A program made the position numbers and the translations under genes. DNA of 64,000 bases from Candidatus Woesearchaeota archaeon (lineage in GTDB: Archaea > Nanobdellota > Nanobdellia > Woesearchaeales > SM23-78), in assembly GCA_016935175.1 (NCBI GenBank), contig JAFGRK010000019.1, positions 6,037-70,036 of the forward strand, written 5' to 3'. Under the pieces are notes generated by a model. That model searched no databases, was not told the DNA's origin, and saw only the letters and a list, made by a program, of their open reading frames with translations. Each line of letters begins with the position of its first letter. The stretch's first letter is position 1. This document shows, one piece after another, positions 8,683 to 17,815 of the stretch.

Positions 8683-9945
8683 ATGGGTGAGATCGGGCTT
8701 AACTTCTTTGTCAACTTCATGGTTGCCATAGCCCTTGGCATACTGGTGGGTCTTGAGAGGGAGTTCCATGCTGCTAAAGGCAAAAAAGAAAGCTTTGCTG
8801 GCATAAGGACTTTTACTATCGTATCGATTTTTGGCGCACTAGTAGGCTACCTGGGGATTAATTACTCTTATTGGATAATTGTTGCTGGGCTGATATGCTT
8901 TTCCATCTTCGCAATTGTTTTTTATGTGATTGACTGCCAGGTCTCAAAGCGTTATGGGGCCACAACCGAGATTGCGAGCATAGTGGTTTTTGTCATAGGT
9001 ATACTTTGCTCAGCAGGCCAGTTAAGGCTGGCTATAATCGCAACTATAATTCTTACCCTTTTCCTTTCTCTTAAGGGCCCTTTGCATGGCTTTGTGAAAA
9101 AACTAGACAAGGAAGACATCTACTCAACCCTCAAGTTTGCTATCATAGCCTTCATCATCCTGCCATTCCTCCCTGACAAGGCTTACGGCCCTTTCAATGT
9201 GTTGAATCCGTATAAGATATGGCTTATTGTTGTGCTCATCTCTGCCATCAGCCTTGTGGGCTACCTTGCCATGAAGTTTATTGGAGCAAAAAAAGGAATG
9301 AGCATAACTGGTTTTTTCGGCGGGTTTGTGTCAAGCACCGCTGTCAGCATGAGCATGTCCCAAACTTCCAAGACAGTCACCAAGATAGTCAACCCTTTTG
9401 TATTTGCAATGGTAATAGCCTGCTCTACCATGTTCTTCAGGGTGCTCGTGGTGGTAGGAATACTTAATAGGGCGCTTCTAGGGAAGTTGCTAATCCCTCT
9501 CCTGGCCATGGGGATTACTGGTGCTGCTTCTGCTTTTGTTTTATGGAGGAAAAAAGAAAACGTGTCTGAAAAGGACAAGCAGCTAAAGATACACAGCCCG
9601 TTCACCATAGGCCCTGCGCTTAAGTTTGCCTTGTTCTTCATCATTGTCTTATTCATCGCCAAGATAGGCTCAGTCTACCTGGGGTCAAAGGGGCTTTACC
9701 TAACAGCCTTGCTCTCTGGGCTGGCTGATGTTGATGCATTGACAGTCAGCGTCACCCAGCTTACCAATGCAGGAAGCGTAGCAGCTGATGTGGGGGTGAC
9801 TGCCATAGTCATAGGAGTCATCACCAACACACTTGTCAAGGCGGGCATTGCCAACATATTTGGAAGCAAGGAATTCAAGAAAAAGATTAATGTTGTGTTT
9901 GCCCTGATTGTGCTAGCAGGGCTTATAAGCCTGCTTTTTATCTGA
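8683..9945 (+). CDS. MgtC/SapB-family membrane protein with DUF4010-like C-terminal half
   Basis: It has the N-terminal GLEREF...GIRTF MgtC signature followed by many additional TM helices. Confidence 0.7.
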   Translation: MGEIGLNFFVNFMVAIALGILVGLEREFHAAKGKKESFAGIRTFTIVSIFGALVGYLGINYSYWIIVAGLICFSIFAIVFYVIDCQVSKRYGATTEIASIVVFVIGILCSAGQLRLAIIATIILTLFLSLKGPLHGFVKKLDKEDIYSTLKFAIIAFIILPFLPDKAYGPFNVLNPYKIWLIVVLISAISLVGYLAMKFIGAKKGMSITGFFGGFVSSTAVSMSMSQTSKTVTKIVNPFVFAMVIACSTMFFRVLVVVGILNRALLGKLLIPLLAMGITGAASAFVLWRKKENVSEKDKQLKIHSPFTIGPALKFALFFIIVLFIAKIGSVYLGSKGLYLTALLSGLADVDALTVSVTQLTNAGSVAADVGVTAIVIGVITNTLVKAGIANIFGSKEFKKKINVVFALIVLAGLISLLFI

Positions 9946-9989
9946 GAAAAAAATTTATCTGAGAATAAAAAGTCTGAGAATAAAAAAAA
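9940..9989. repeat. Three tandem copies of TCTGAGAA(A/T)AAAAA in the convergent spacer
   Basis: Read directly from the sequence. The T/A runs may double as terminators for both flanking genes. Confidence 0.65.
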
Positions 9990-11786
9990 TCACACAACTA
10001 GCTTGCCTTTCTTCATCATCCAGAGCTTTTTTTCCTTTACTGGCTTGCCACCCTTTGCTTTTTCTTTCTTCACTCCGTAGATGTCCAGCTTCTGCTCCTT
10101 GGCATTGATGACAATGTCATAATGATAGACTGTGGGCCTGTCATCCTCAAACCCTGAGCCCAGGGCCACGTGTATCATGCCTGCAATCTTCTCATTGACA
10201 ATCAAGTAGTTGCACAGCCTGGCCTTGGGGTTGGTGTTTATGGCAAACTCCCCTATCTTGTTGAAGTTCTTTTTCTTCATGTCAATTATTTCCTGCGGCA
10301 ATGACTTATGTTTTTCCTGCTTGAGCAACACTTTCATAGCCTCATTCTTCTTCTCATTTATCTTCTTGATTACACTCTTTGGCCCGCCAACTATCTTGTA
10401 GCCTTTCTCATCAAACTTCACTACCAAAGGGTTCTTCTTGCTGAGCACATAGCTCTTGTCAATGCTTATGACCACGTCCCCGTAAAGAGTTCCTTTCATG
10501 TACTCCGGGGTCACAAACATCTCTCCGCCAGGGACATTGGCATAGGTTCCTGCCTTGATGCCTTTCTTCAGGCACTTAGGGTCAAGCTTGTGCCTGACAT
10601 CAACATCAGAGCCAAGAGGCTCTCTTCTCTTGTTGTTCTTGCCGATTAGGAAGACTTCAAAATTGGTCTTGCCAGAGTCAACCACTATCTTATCAGACTG
10701 GCTCACCTTCTTTATTAGGGCGTCGTCATCCTTTTTCATCTTGAGCCAGTCTATCTTGCAGCTCTCAATGAAGATGTCAATGGGCAATGTGTCTGTGAAG
10801 CCTAGCCTGCAAAGAGGAGGCCTGTTGTCTATCTTAGTCTGGGGGGACCATGGCAGCTGGTAAATTATGCCCCCTGGAGAGTCCCACCTTGACTTCTTGT
10901 TAAGGGTAGGGTAGCCTATCACTTCCCCGAACAAGTGCTTGCCAGCATAGCCTTCTCCCTTGATGAAGAAAGCAGCATCATTAGCCTTGAAGCGGTTAAG
11001 CCTCAGAAGGCTTGAAAGCTTTTTGAATCGCTTGAAGACAGGCTCATCAATGTTCTTGTCCAGCTCACAACCCAGCAAAGTCGAAGATAGCTCTCCAATT
11101 CTTTCTCCTTCTTCTAGCATGGTCTTTCGCACGCTGCTGGCCTTCAAGGCCTTTTTCCTGGCAGGGCAGCTAAGAAAAGCTGTCCTTACAAGGGCGTAGG
11201 AGTCAAGATAATCTTCCAGAGGGTACTCTATGTCATCAGCCTTGGCTATAAGGTCAAAGCCTATTCCTACTTTCTCATTCTTCTTGATATTGTAGAGCTG
11301 AGACCAGATAATCCTGTTAGTGACCATTAAGTCATCCCACCTGTACTTCCTGAACCATTCTGGCCTGAGCCTGAGCTTGAGAGTATTGCCCTTGCCATTG
11401 CTGATTATGAAACCCTTATTATCAGAGCTCACAAAGGCATCTGGCTTCTTGAAAATCTTCCTAAACCCTCCTTTGGCTTTCTTGTCAACCATATCGATGA
11501 AATCATTAAGGGAAATAGTAACCTTGTTCTTCACTCCTTTCTTAAGCAGCTCATAGGCATTCCACACATCCATCAAGGCATCGAGCGCCTCTGACTTTTC
11601 CTGGATGATGCTGACAGACAAGTCTCCCTTGAGGTTATGCACAGCCCTGCTAAAAGGAGCCAGCGCAAAGAAAGCCTTCTCATCCCTCACATCAAGAACA
11701 GCAAAGAAAGTCTTACCCTTGTATTGAGCCAAACAATTTTCATAATACTTCACAGCATCATTAAAAGCCTTAAGGTTGTATTTCAT
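9990..11786 (-). CDS. M29 (aminopeptidase T/PepS)-like protein with long divergent N-terminal region
   Basis: The C-terminal third has NVPGGEMFVTPE, GTLYGDVVI, IGEFAINTNP, NEKIAGMIHVALG and YHYDIVI, matching the M29 metal-site pattern as I remember it. The N-terminal ~380 aa are unassigned. Confidence 0.5.
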   Translation of the reverse strand: MKYNLKAFNDAVKYYENCLAQYKGKTFFAVLDVRDEKAFFALAPFSRAVHNLKGDLSVSIIQEKSEALDALMDVWNAYELLKKGVKNKVTISLNDFIDMVDKKAKGGFRKIFKKPDAFVSSDNKGFIISNGKGNTLKLRLRPEWFRKYRWDDLMVTNRIIWSQLYNIKKNEKVGIGFDLIAKADDIEYPLEDYLDSYALVRTAFLSCPARKKALKASSVRKTMLEEGERIGELSSTLLGCELDKNIDEPVFKRFKKLSSLLRLNRFKANDAAFFIKGEGYAGKHLFGEVIGYPTLNKKSRWDSPGGIIYQLPWSPQTKIDNRPPLCRLGFTDTLPIDIFIESCKIDWLKMKKDDDALIKKVSQSDKIVVDSGKTNFEVFLIGKNNKRREPLGSDVDVRHKLDPKCLKKGIKAGTYANVPGGEMFVTPEYMKGTLYGDVVISIDKSYVLSKKNPLVVKFDEKGYKIVGGPKSVIKKINEKKNEAMKVLLKQEKHKSLPQEIIDMKKKNFNKIGEFAINTNPKARLCNYLIVNEKIAGMIHVALGSGFEDDRPTVYHYDIVINAKEQKLDIYGVKKEKAKGGKPVKEKKLWMMKKGKLVV

Positions 11787-11840
11787 ACTCCCAACAGAAA
11801 AACCTAAATTAATAAAGGTTGTGGTTTTCAGATTTAGACA

Positions 11841-12878
11841 TCAAGCTTTAATGCAAATCAGCCTCTTGGTGCTCTTTGTCAGGACCTCTTTCCTATTTCC
11901 GCCGATCAGCAGCACATCATCCTCTATCCTTATGCCTATACCTGTCTTCTGGTTGTAATAGCCAGGCTCAATCGTAAAGACCATGTCTTTCTCCAGGATG
12001 TCCTTGGATTTTAGCCCGAGGTTTGGCTTTTCATGTATCTCAACGCCAATGCCATGGCCTAGGCCATGCACAAAGTATTTTGCATCACTGCCAAAAAGCT
12101 GGGTCGAGTACTTGTAGAGGCTTCCTGCAGTCATTCCTTCTTTTGCCTTGCCAATGCAAGCCTCTTGGATTGCCAGGACTTTGCTGTAAATAAGCACTTC
12201 TTTGCTGCTAGGCTTGCCAAGGTATATAGTCCGGGTCATGTCAGCGTGATAGCCTTTGTACTTCACCCCGAAATCCATGACAAGAAAGCCTTTTTTTAGC
12301 TTGGAGCCTGGAACATGATGGGCTATCACTGCATTATTGCCGCTGGCAACTATTGGCTCAAAGCTCATCTCTGCGTCAGCCTCTAAAGCTTTTATTTTTA
12401 TGAACCTAAGAATGTCTTTTTCTGTCCTGAACTTCCTGAAATTAGCAATAATTCCTGAGAAGATCGAGTCTGTAAGCTTGCAAGCCTTTCTTAACCTTGC
12501 CAGCTCTTCATTGGTCTTGGTCTCCCTGAGCGAAAGAAGGAATTTACTGCTGTCAGCTAGCTTGAAATGCTTCTTGAGAAACCTTTTCTGGCTTATTAGC
12601 AGGCTAGAATAATCAGCGCCAACCTTCCCTATACTATTCTTCCTGACAAAAGCTGCAAGGTCTTGCTTAAAGCTGCTCCAGTTCACCACCTCGAATCCTT
12701 TGAACTTAGGAGAATAAAGTGGAGAAAGAAACAGGTAATTGGCTTTTCTTGTCAAGAACATCATGCCGTGCTCAAATTCCAAACCCACAAAATACTTGAA
12801 AGCAGGGGACTTGTTGAAAAGCATAATCGCGTCAAGTTTTTCTTTTTTCAGGTATTTTCTTATTTCTTGGAGCTTCAT
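11841..12878 (-). CDS. M24-family Xaa-Pro aminopeptidase/dipeptidase
   Basis: Pita-bread metal ligands are present: VMDFG..Y.GYHADMTRT, HGLGHGIGVEIHE, FTIEPGYY, IRIEDDV. Confidence 0.85.
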   Translation of the reverse strand: MKLQEIRKYLKKEKLDAIMLFNKSPAFKYFVGLEFEHGMMFLTRKANYLFLSPLYSPKFKGFEVVNWSSFKQDLAAFVRKNSIGKVGADYSSLLISQKRFLKKHFKLADSSKFLLSLRETKTNEELARLRKACKLTDSIFSGIIANFRKFRTEKDILRFIKIKALEADAEMSFEPIVASGNNAVIAHHVPGSKLKKGFLVMDFGVKYKGYHADMTRTIYLGKPSSKEVLIYSKVLAIQEACIGKAKEGMTAGSLYKYSTQLFGSDAKYFVHGLGHGIGVEIHEKPNLGLKSKDILEKDMVFTIEPGYYNQKTGIGIRIEDDVLLIGGNRKEVLTKSTKRLICIKA

Positions 12879-13093
12879 ACAAGGAGGTTAGCATTTATCA
12901 TTTAAATCTTTATCGGGTTAGTCATCAGGGGGCTAAGCTCACAAAGTGTGCGCATGTATTCCTTTAAAGGAACACTCAAAAATCTTAAAGGTTTTTGTTG
13001 CCGCCTGCTTTTGAGATCTTTTCGTGCTAAAAGGTCACACTGGACATGTTGCCGTAAGCCTTATAAACAAGTTATGTGTTTGTTCGTATTACT

Positions 13094-13945
13094 ATGATCA
13101 GCGTTAGCCTGCTCTCCAGCTATGATTATTGCCCTAGGAAGCTTTTTCTTGAGCAGGTGCTAAAGCTCATAGTCATACCCAGGGAATCTGTTGTCAAGGG
13201 CAGCATCAGGCATGAGGTGCAGGACAGAATCAGCAAGGCAGAGGAGAGTATTGTCAAGAGCATAAAGTCAGAGCAGAGCTACAAGGAGCTGTTGGAGAAG
13301 TACAAGAAGCTTCATTCTGATCTCTTGAACCAGAGCATCATCAAGAACAAGAGCAAGCTGGGTGAGATAAAGGTCTCATTGGCTGAGTTCTTCAAGGAAT
13401 CATGGCCTACAGTGCTTGAGGAGAGCAAAGACCGGGCCTTGAATGTGCATAAATTCATCCAGTCCAACAAGGTGTTTGGTGATGAACTCTGGAGAAGCCT
13501 TAGCCCTAAGATTGAGACAGAGTATTATGTTGCCTCAGAGGAGCTCCAGCTCAAGGGAGTGATTGATAGGCTAGAGGTCTATGATAACAAGTTCGTAAGG
13601 GAGGTTGTGCCTTATGAGCTTAAGACTGGCAGCGTCCCAAGGGAAGGGGTTTGGCCTGGTCATAAGGTCCAGGTAGGCGCCTATGTCATGCTCTTAGAGA
13701 AGAACAAGATGTTTGTGAGAGAGGCTTTTGTCAAGTACCTGGATATAAGCGAGGCAAGGCCTGTGATGATGAACCCTTTCCTTGAGAAGAAAGTGCTTGA
13801 GGCAAGGGATGCTGTTCTTAAGCTGTTCCAGGGAAAAGAAATACCTTGCATATGCGAGAACTCTAAGAAATGCTCTTCCTGCAGCCTGAAAGAGCAATGC
13901 TGGAATGAAAAGTTTATAAAAGAGAGATTATCCCTGCTTTCTTGA
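13094..13945 (+). CDS. Stand-alone Cas4-like PD-(D/E)xK nuclease with Cys cluster (DUF83-like)
   Basis: An N-terminal Cys (YDYCPRKLF) plus a C-terminal C-x-C..C..C..C cluster (CICENSKKCSSCSLKEQC), together with an internal D...ELK nuclease motif. ATG 13094 sits ~28 nt after the ccttataaac TATA. Confidence 0.65.
   Translation: MISVSLLSSYDYCPRKLFLEQVLKLIVIPRESVVKGSIRHEVQDRISKAEESIVKSIKSEQSYKELLEKYKKLHSDLLNQSIIKNKSKLGEIKVSLAEFFKESWPTVLEESKDRALNVHKFIQSNKVFGDELWRSLSPKIETEYYVASEELQLKGVIDRLEVYDNKFVREVVPYELKTGSVPREGVWPGHKVQVGAYVMLLEKNKMFVREAFVKYLDISEARPVMMNPFLEKKVLEARDAVLKLFQGKEIPCICENSKKCSSCSLKEQCWNEKFIKERLSLLS
13913..13922 (+). promoter_or_regulatory. TATA box for the tRNA-Val gene, embedded in the 3' end of the preceding CDS
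   Basis: TTTATAAAAG lies 30 nt upstream of tRNA position 1. Confidence 0.4.
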
Positions 13946-13951
13946 AGAATT

Positions 13952-14128
13952 GGGCCTGTGGTCTAGCGGCTACAGCAAAAGAGCAGCTCTTTTGAGCTTG
14001 CGGCTTTTGCGCCGCAAATGATCCCACCTTCACATGCATTTGAGCAAAACTCTTTTGCTGAATGCGGTGGTGGTCGCCAGTTCGAATGAGCTTTTGCCAA
14101 AAAGCTAGCGAAAGTCTGGCCAGGCCCA
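13952..14128 (+). tRNA. tRNA-Val(CAC) interrupted by three putative introns (D-loop ~21/22, anticodon loop ~37/38, T-loop ~59/60)
   Basis: The exon pieces assemble into a 73-nt cloverleaf. The acceptor stem is GGGCCTG/CAGGCCC plus A. The D-arm is GTCT-AGCGGCTA-(46 nt)-TGAT. The anticodon arm is CCACC-TTCACAT-(30 nt)-GGTGG. The variable loop is TGGTC. The T-arm is GCCAG-TTCGAAT-(28 nt)-CTGGC. Each inserted block folds into its own hairpin(s). Confidence 0.7.
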
Positions 14129-14150
14129 TTTTATTTTTAAGAGGTTTTTT

Positions 14151-14696
14151 ATGAGGGAAATCGAGGTTAAGATTCTAAACATCAACAAGAATGAAATAGA
14201 GAAAAAGCTGGCATTGCTTGGGGTAAAGAAAACCTTTGAAGGCATGCTCGAGGCTTATTATTTTGACTACCCTAACCTAAAGCTCAGAAAATCTGGTAAG
14301 ACTCTTCGCTTGAGAAAAGAGGATGGCAAGGCAGTGCTCACTTTCAAGCAGAAAGTGAATGACAAGAAATTCAAGATTAGGAATGAGCATGAAGTTGAGC
14401 TGTCTGATTTTGGCAAGGCAAAGCAAATCCTTGAGCTGCTAGGGCTGAGGGTTTTTAGTGGCATAAACAAGAAAAGGACTGCTTACACTCTGGGAGAAGT
14501 CCACCTGGAGATTGACAAGTACCTTGGCAAGTATTCTTTTGTGCCTGAGTTCCTGGAGATTGAGTCAGAAGATGAGCGCCTTATTTATAAGTACGCGGGG
14601 ATGCTCGGGTTCAAGCCAAAGGATTGCAAGCCTTGGAGTATGGTTGACATCATTAATCATTACAAGGTTAAGAAAATTAGTAATAAAATACGATAA
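14151..14696 (+). CDS. CYTH-domain protein (class IV adenylate cyclase / triphosphate tunnel metalloenzyme)
   Basis: It has the N-terminal EIEVK motif, the alternating charged beta strands LRLRK..VLTFK and the C-terminal FLEIE. Confidence 0.8.
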   Translation: MREIEVKILNINKNEIEKKLALLGVKKTFEGMLEAYYFDYPNLKLRKSGKTLRLRKEDGKAVLTFKQKVNDKKFKIRNEHEVELSDFGKAKQILELLGLRVFSGINKKRTAYTLGEVHLEIDKYLGKYSFVPEFLEIESEDERLIYKYAGMLGFKPKDCKPWSMVDIINHYKVKKISNKIR

Positions 14697-14728
14697 TATT
14701 TAAATAATATTGCACAATTTCTGGCGTA

Positions 14729-15247
14729 ATGGACTTAGATAAGCTCGGGATTAAGGCTTCAAAAAAGGCAGAATGCGGGGTTTTGCTTAAGGAATGCTAC
14801 GCTTATGCAAAGAAAAGCTATCATCCGTCAACTCATAACGCAGCCTTGCTTGTTGACAAAGGCAAGATCATTCTGAGAGGAGTAAATGTTCTTCCTCCTA
14901 GAGTTAAAAGGAAAAAGGAGCGTTTTGAAGGCAACAATAAGCATATTTATCCTAATCACGCTGAGAGGGATCTGGTTTACAAAGCAGCTCGCAAAGGGAT
15001 TTCTACTTCTGGCCTTACCATGGTGATGCCTTGGTTACCATGTATTCCGTGCGCCAATGCAATCATCAGTTCTGGAATAGCTACCTTGATTGTCCATAAA
15101 CAGATGGTTGAGCGAACAAGAGAAGGATGGCAAGAAGAGCTAAGAAATGCAGTTAAAATCATGAAAGAAGCAGGAGTAAAAATAATAGCTTACGATGGCA
15201 GGGTTGGAGCGAAAGCTTATATGCACCATGAAGTTTGGGATGCTTGA
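14729..15247 (+). CDS. dCMP/cytidine deaminase-family zinc enzyme
   Basis: The HAE (HAERD) and PCxxC (PCIPCANAI) zinc motifs are present. Confidence 0.8.
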   Translation: MDLDKLGIKASKKAECGVLLKECYAYAKKSYHPSTHNAALLVDKGKIILRGVNVLPPRVKRKKERFEGNNKHIYPNHAERDLVYKAARKGISTSGLTMVMPWLPCIPCANAIISSGIATLIVHKQMVERTREGWQEELRNAVKIMKEAGVKIIAYDGRVGAKAYMHHEVWDA

Positions 15248-15289
15248 ATAATAGACAAATTTTTAAACTCTGCCAGCCAGGATAATTCT

Positions 15290-16966
15290 ATGCCTGAATT
15301 CAAGGACTTGAGCGTGGCTTATTTTAGCATGGAAATAGGCATAATGCCTGACATACCCACTTATTCTGGAGGGCTTGGAGTGCTCGCAGGAGACACTCTT
15401 CGCAGCTGCGCAGACATGAACATACCTGTCATGGGCATTACCTTGCTTTACAAGAAAGGCTATTTCAAGCAGGACATTGACTCTCATGGCAACCAGGTTG
15501 AGAGCGAAGTGGAATGGGATCCTTATGCTTTCTTGCAGGCCATGCCCCAGGAGGCAGAGGTTAGCATTGAAGGTAGGCGAGTTCGCATCAAGGCTTGGCT
15601 TTATAACCTCGTAGGAAGCGCAGGCCAAATCAACCCAATAATATTCCTTGACACTGATGTCCCTGGCAATGAGGATTATGACAAGAAGATAACCCACCAC
15701 CTTTATGGGCATGATGATAAGTACAGGCTGGCTCAAGAGATTGTACTAGGCATAGGGGGGGTGAGGATGCTGGAAAGCATGGGATGCACTGGCATCAAGA
15801 AATACCATATGAATGAAGGGCACTCTGCACTGCTAGCCTTAGAGCTTTACAATAGGCTCTCTGGGCAGAAATACCCTATTGATGGGGTTAGGAAGATGTG
15901 TGTCTTCACCACTCATACGCCAGTGCCTGCAGGGCATGACCAGTTCCCAAAGGAACTGGCAGAGCAGATGCTCGGAAATATGCTGGAAGGCAAGGTAAGG
16001 AAGGAAGCCTTCTATAATGACAAGCTCAACATGACTTACCTCGGGCTGAGGTTCAGCGAGTTTGTTAATGGGGTGGCAAAGAAGCATGGTGAAGTGTCAA
16101 GAACTATGTTTCCTGGCTATCACATAGAATCAATAACCAATGGAGTGCACTCTTTTTACTGGACTGCTGAGCCTATGAGAAAGCTATTCAACCAATACCT
16201 TCCTGGCTGGGAGAACGACCCTTTCAACCTAAGGTATATCTTGGGAGTGCCTAAGGAGGAGATTTGGAGCGCTCACCAAAAGTCCAAGGAAGCCCTTATC
16301 AGGCTTGTGAACAGGCAATACAAGGCAGGCATGAGCAGGGAAATATTCACTATTGGCTTTGCAAGGAGGGCAGCCACTTACAAGAGGGGTGACATGCTCT
16401 TTAGCGATGTTGACAGGCTTCTTAAGATTGCTGAGAAGTGCAAAGGCATACAGATAATCTACGCAGGAAAAGCCCATCCTAAGGATGCCCAGGGAAAAGA
16501 GCTTATCAAGAGGATAATAGCTAAGATGAAAGAAGTAGGCCATAAGATAAAGGTATGCTATCTAAAGAACTATGATATGGGCATTGCCAAGCTCTTGGTT
16601 TCAGGAGTCGACATCTGGCTTAACACTCCCCAAAGGCCTCAAGAGGCTTCTGGCACTTCTGGCATGAAAGCAGCCCATAACGGAGTCCTGCATTTCTCTG
16701 TGCTTGATGGGTGGTGGCTTGAAGGCCACATAGAGAACGTAACTGGATGGAGCATAGGGGTGCATCCTGAAGTCTCAAAGGAAAACATCCATGAAGAGGA
16801 TGTCAAGGACATGTACAACAAGCTAGAGTACATAATCATCCCCAGGTTCTATGATGAAAGGGATAAGTGGGTTGAGATGATGAAGCATGCCATTGCCATT
16901 AACGGCTCATTTTTCAACACGCACAGGATGGTGCAGCAATACGTCTCCAATGCCTATTTTGAGTAG
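15290..16966 (+). CDS. glgP: Alpha-glucan (glycogen/maltodextrin) phosphorylase, GT35 short archaeal type
   Basis: It has YFSMEIG..YSGGLGVLAGD at the N-terminus and the PLP-lysine region EASGTSGMKAAHNG. Confidence 0.9.
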   Translation: MPEFKDLSVAYFSMEIGIMPDIPTYSGGLGVLAGDTLRSCADMNIPVMGITLLYKKGYFKQDIDSHGNQVESEVEWDPYAFLQAMPQEAEVSIEGRRVRIKAWLYNLVGSAGQINPIIFLDTDVPGNEDYDKKITHHLYGHDDKYRLAQEIVLGIGGVRMLESMGCTGIKKYHMNEGHSALLALELYNRLSGQKYPIDGVRKMCVFTTHTPVPAGHDQFPKELAEQMLGNMLEGKVRKEAFYNDKLNMTYLGLRFSEFVNGVAKKHGEVSRTMFPGYHIESITNGVHSFYWTAEPMRKLFNQYLPGWENDPFNLRYILGVPKEEIWSAHQKSKEALIRLVNRQYKAGMSREIFTIGFARRAATYKRGDMLFSDVDRLLKIAEKCKGIQIIYAGKAHPKDAQGKELIKRIIAKMKEVGHKIKVCYLKNYDMGIAKLLVSGVDIWLNTPQRPQEASGTSGMKAAHNGVLHFSVLDGWWLEGHIENVTGWSIGVHPEVSKENIHEEDVKDMYNKLEYIIIPRFYDERDKWVEMMKHAIAINGSFFNTHRMVQQYVSNAYFE

Positions 16967-17005
16967 AAAGATTTATAATCAGCCATAATTGTTTCTCTTT
17001 GAGTT

Positions 17006-17812
17006 ATGAATAACGAAAAGATTATCCAGGTAAAAAGCCTTACCAAGAAATATAGGGATTTCAAGGCAGTGGATGATATCTCGTTTGAGGTTCGCAAAGG
17101 CCAGATTTTCGGCTTTCTAGGTCCTAATGGCGCAGGCAAGTCAACCACTATCAAGATGCTGACCACTCTCCTGCACCCGAACGGGGGAGAAATAATGATT
17201 GACGGCAAAAACCCAGTAAGCCAGCCAGATGCTGTGAGAAAGGCTTTTGGCATAGTATTCCAGGACCCTAGCCTTGATGATGAGCTCACTGCTTGGGAGA
17301 ACATGGAATTCCACGGGGTCCTTTACAGCATACCTAAGCCTTTACGAAGGCAAAGGATTGAGCATATGCTTAAGATTGTTGAGCTTTGGGAAAGAAAGGA
17401 TGAATTAGTCAAAAGGTTCTCTGGCGGAATGAAAAGAAGGCTTGAGATCGCAAGAGGCTTGCTTCACCACCCCAAGGTGCTTTTCCTTGATGAGCCAACC
17501 CTCGGGCTGGACCCTCAGACAAGGAACAATATCTGGAACCATATAATTGATTTGAACAAGGAAGAGGATATTACTGTTTTTTTCACAACTCATTACATGG
17601 AAGAGGCAGAGAAAGTAGCTGATTATATCTGCATAATTGACCTTGGAAAAATCATTGCAAAAGGCAGCCCTGGTGAATTAAAGTCCAAAGCCAAGGCAAG
17701 ATCATTGGAAGATGCATTCATCAAGCTAACAGGAAAAAATATCCGTGAGGAAGAGGCCAAGCCAATTGATAAGCTAAGGATGAGAAGAAGGGTGTTTGGC
17801 GGCAGGAGATAA
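17006..17812 (+). CDS. ABC transporter ATP-binding protein (ABC-2/DrrA-like)
   Basis: It has Walker A GPNGAGKST, the signature FSGGMKRRL and Walker B LFLDEPT. A TATA lies ~30 nt upstream. Confidence 0.9.
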   Translation: MNNEKIIQVKSLTKKYRDFKAVDDISFEVRKGQIFGFLGPNGAGKSTTIKMLTTLLHPNGGEIMIDGKNPVSQPDAVRKAFGIVFQDPSLDDELTAWENMEFHGVLYSIPKPLRRQRIEHMLKIVELWERKDELVKRFSGGMKRRLEIARGLLHHPKVLFLDEPTLGLDPQTRNNIWNHIIDLNKEEDITVFFTTHYMEEAEKVADYICIIDLGKIIAKGSPGELKSKAKARSLEDAFIKLTGKNIREEEAKPIDKLRMRRRVFGGRR

Positions 17813-17815
17813 AAA

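Noticed and set aside
13914-14129. 71-aa - strand ORF
   Set aside because: It is entirely antisense to the tRNA-Val locus.
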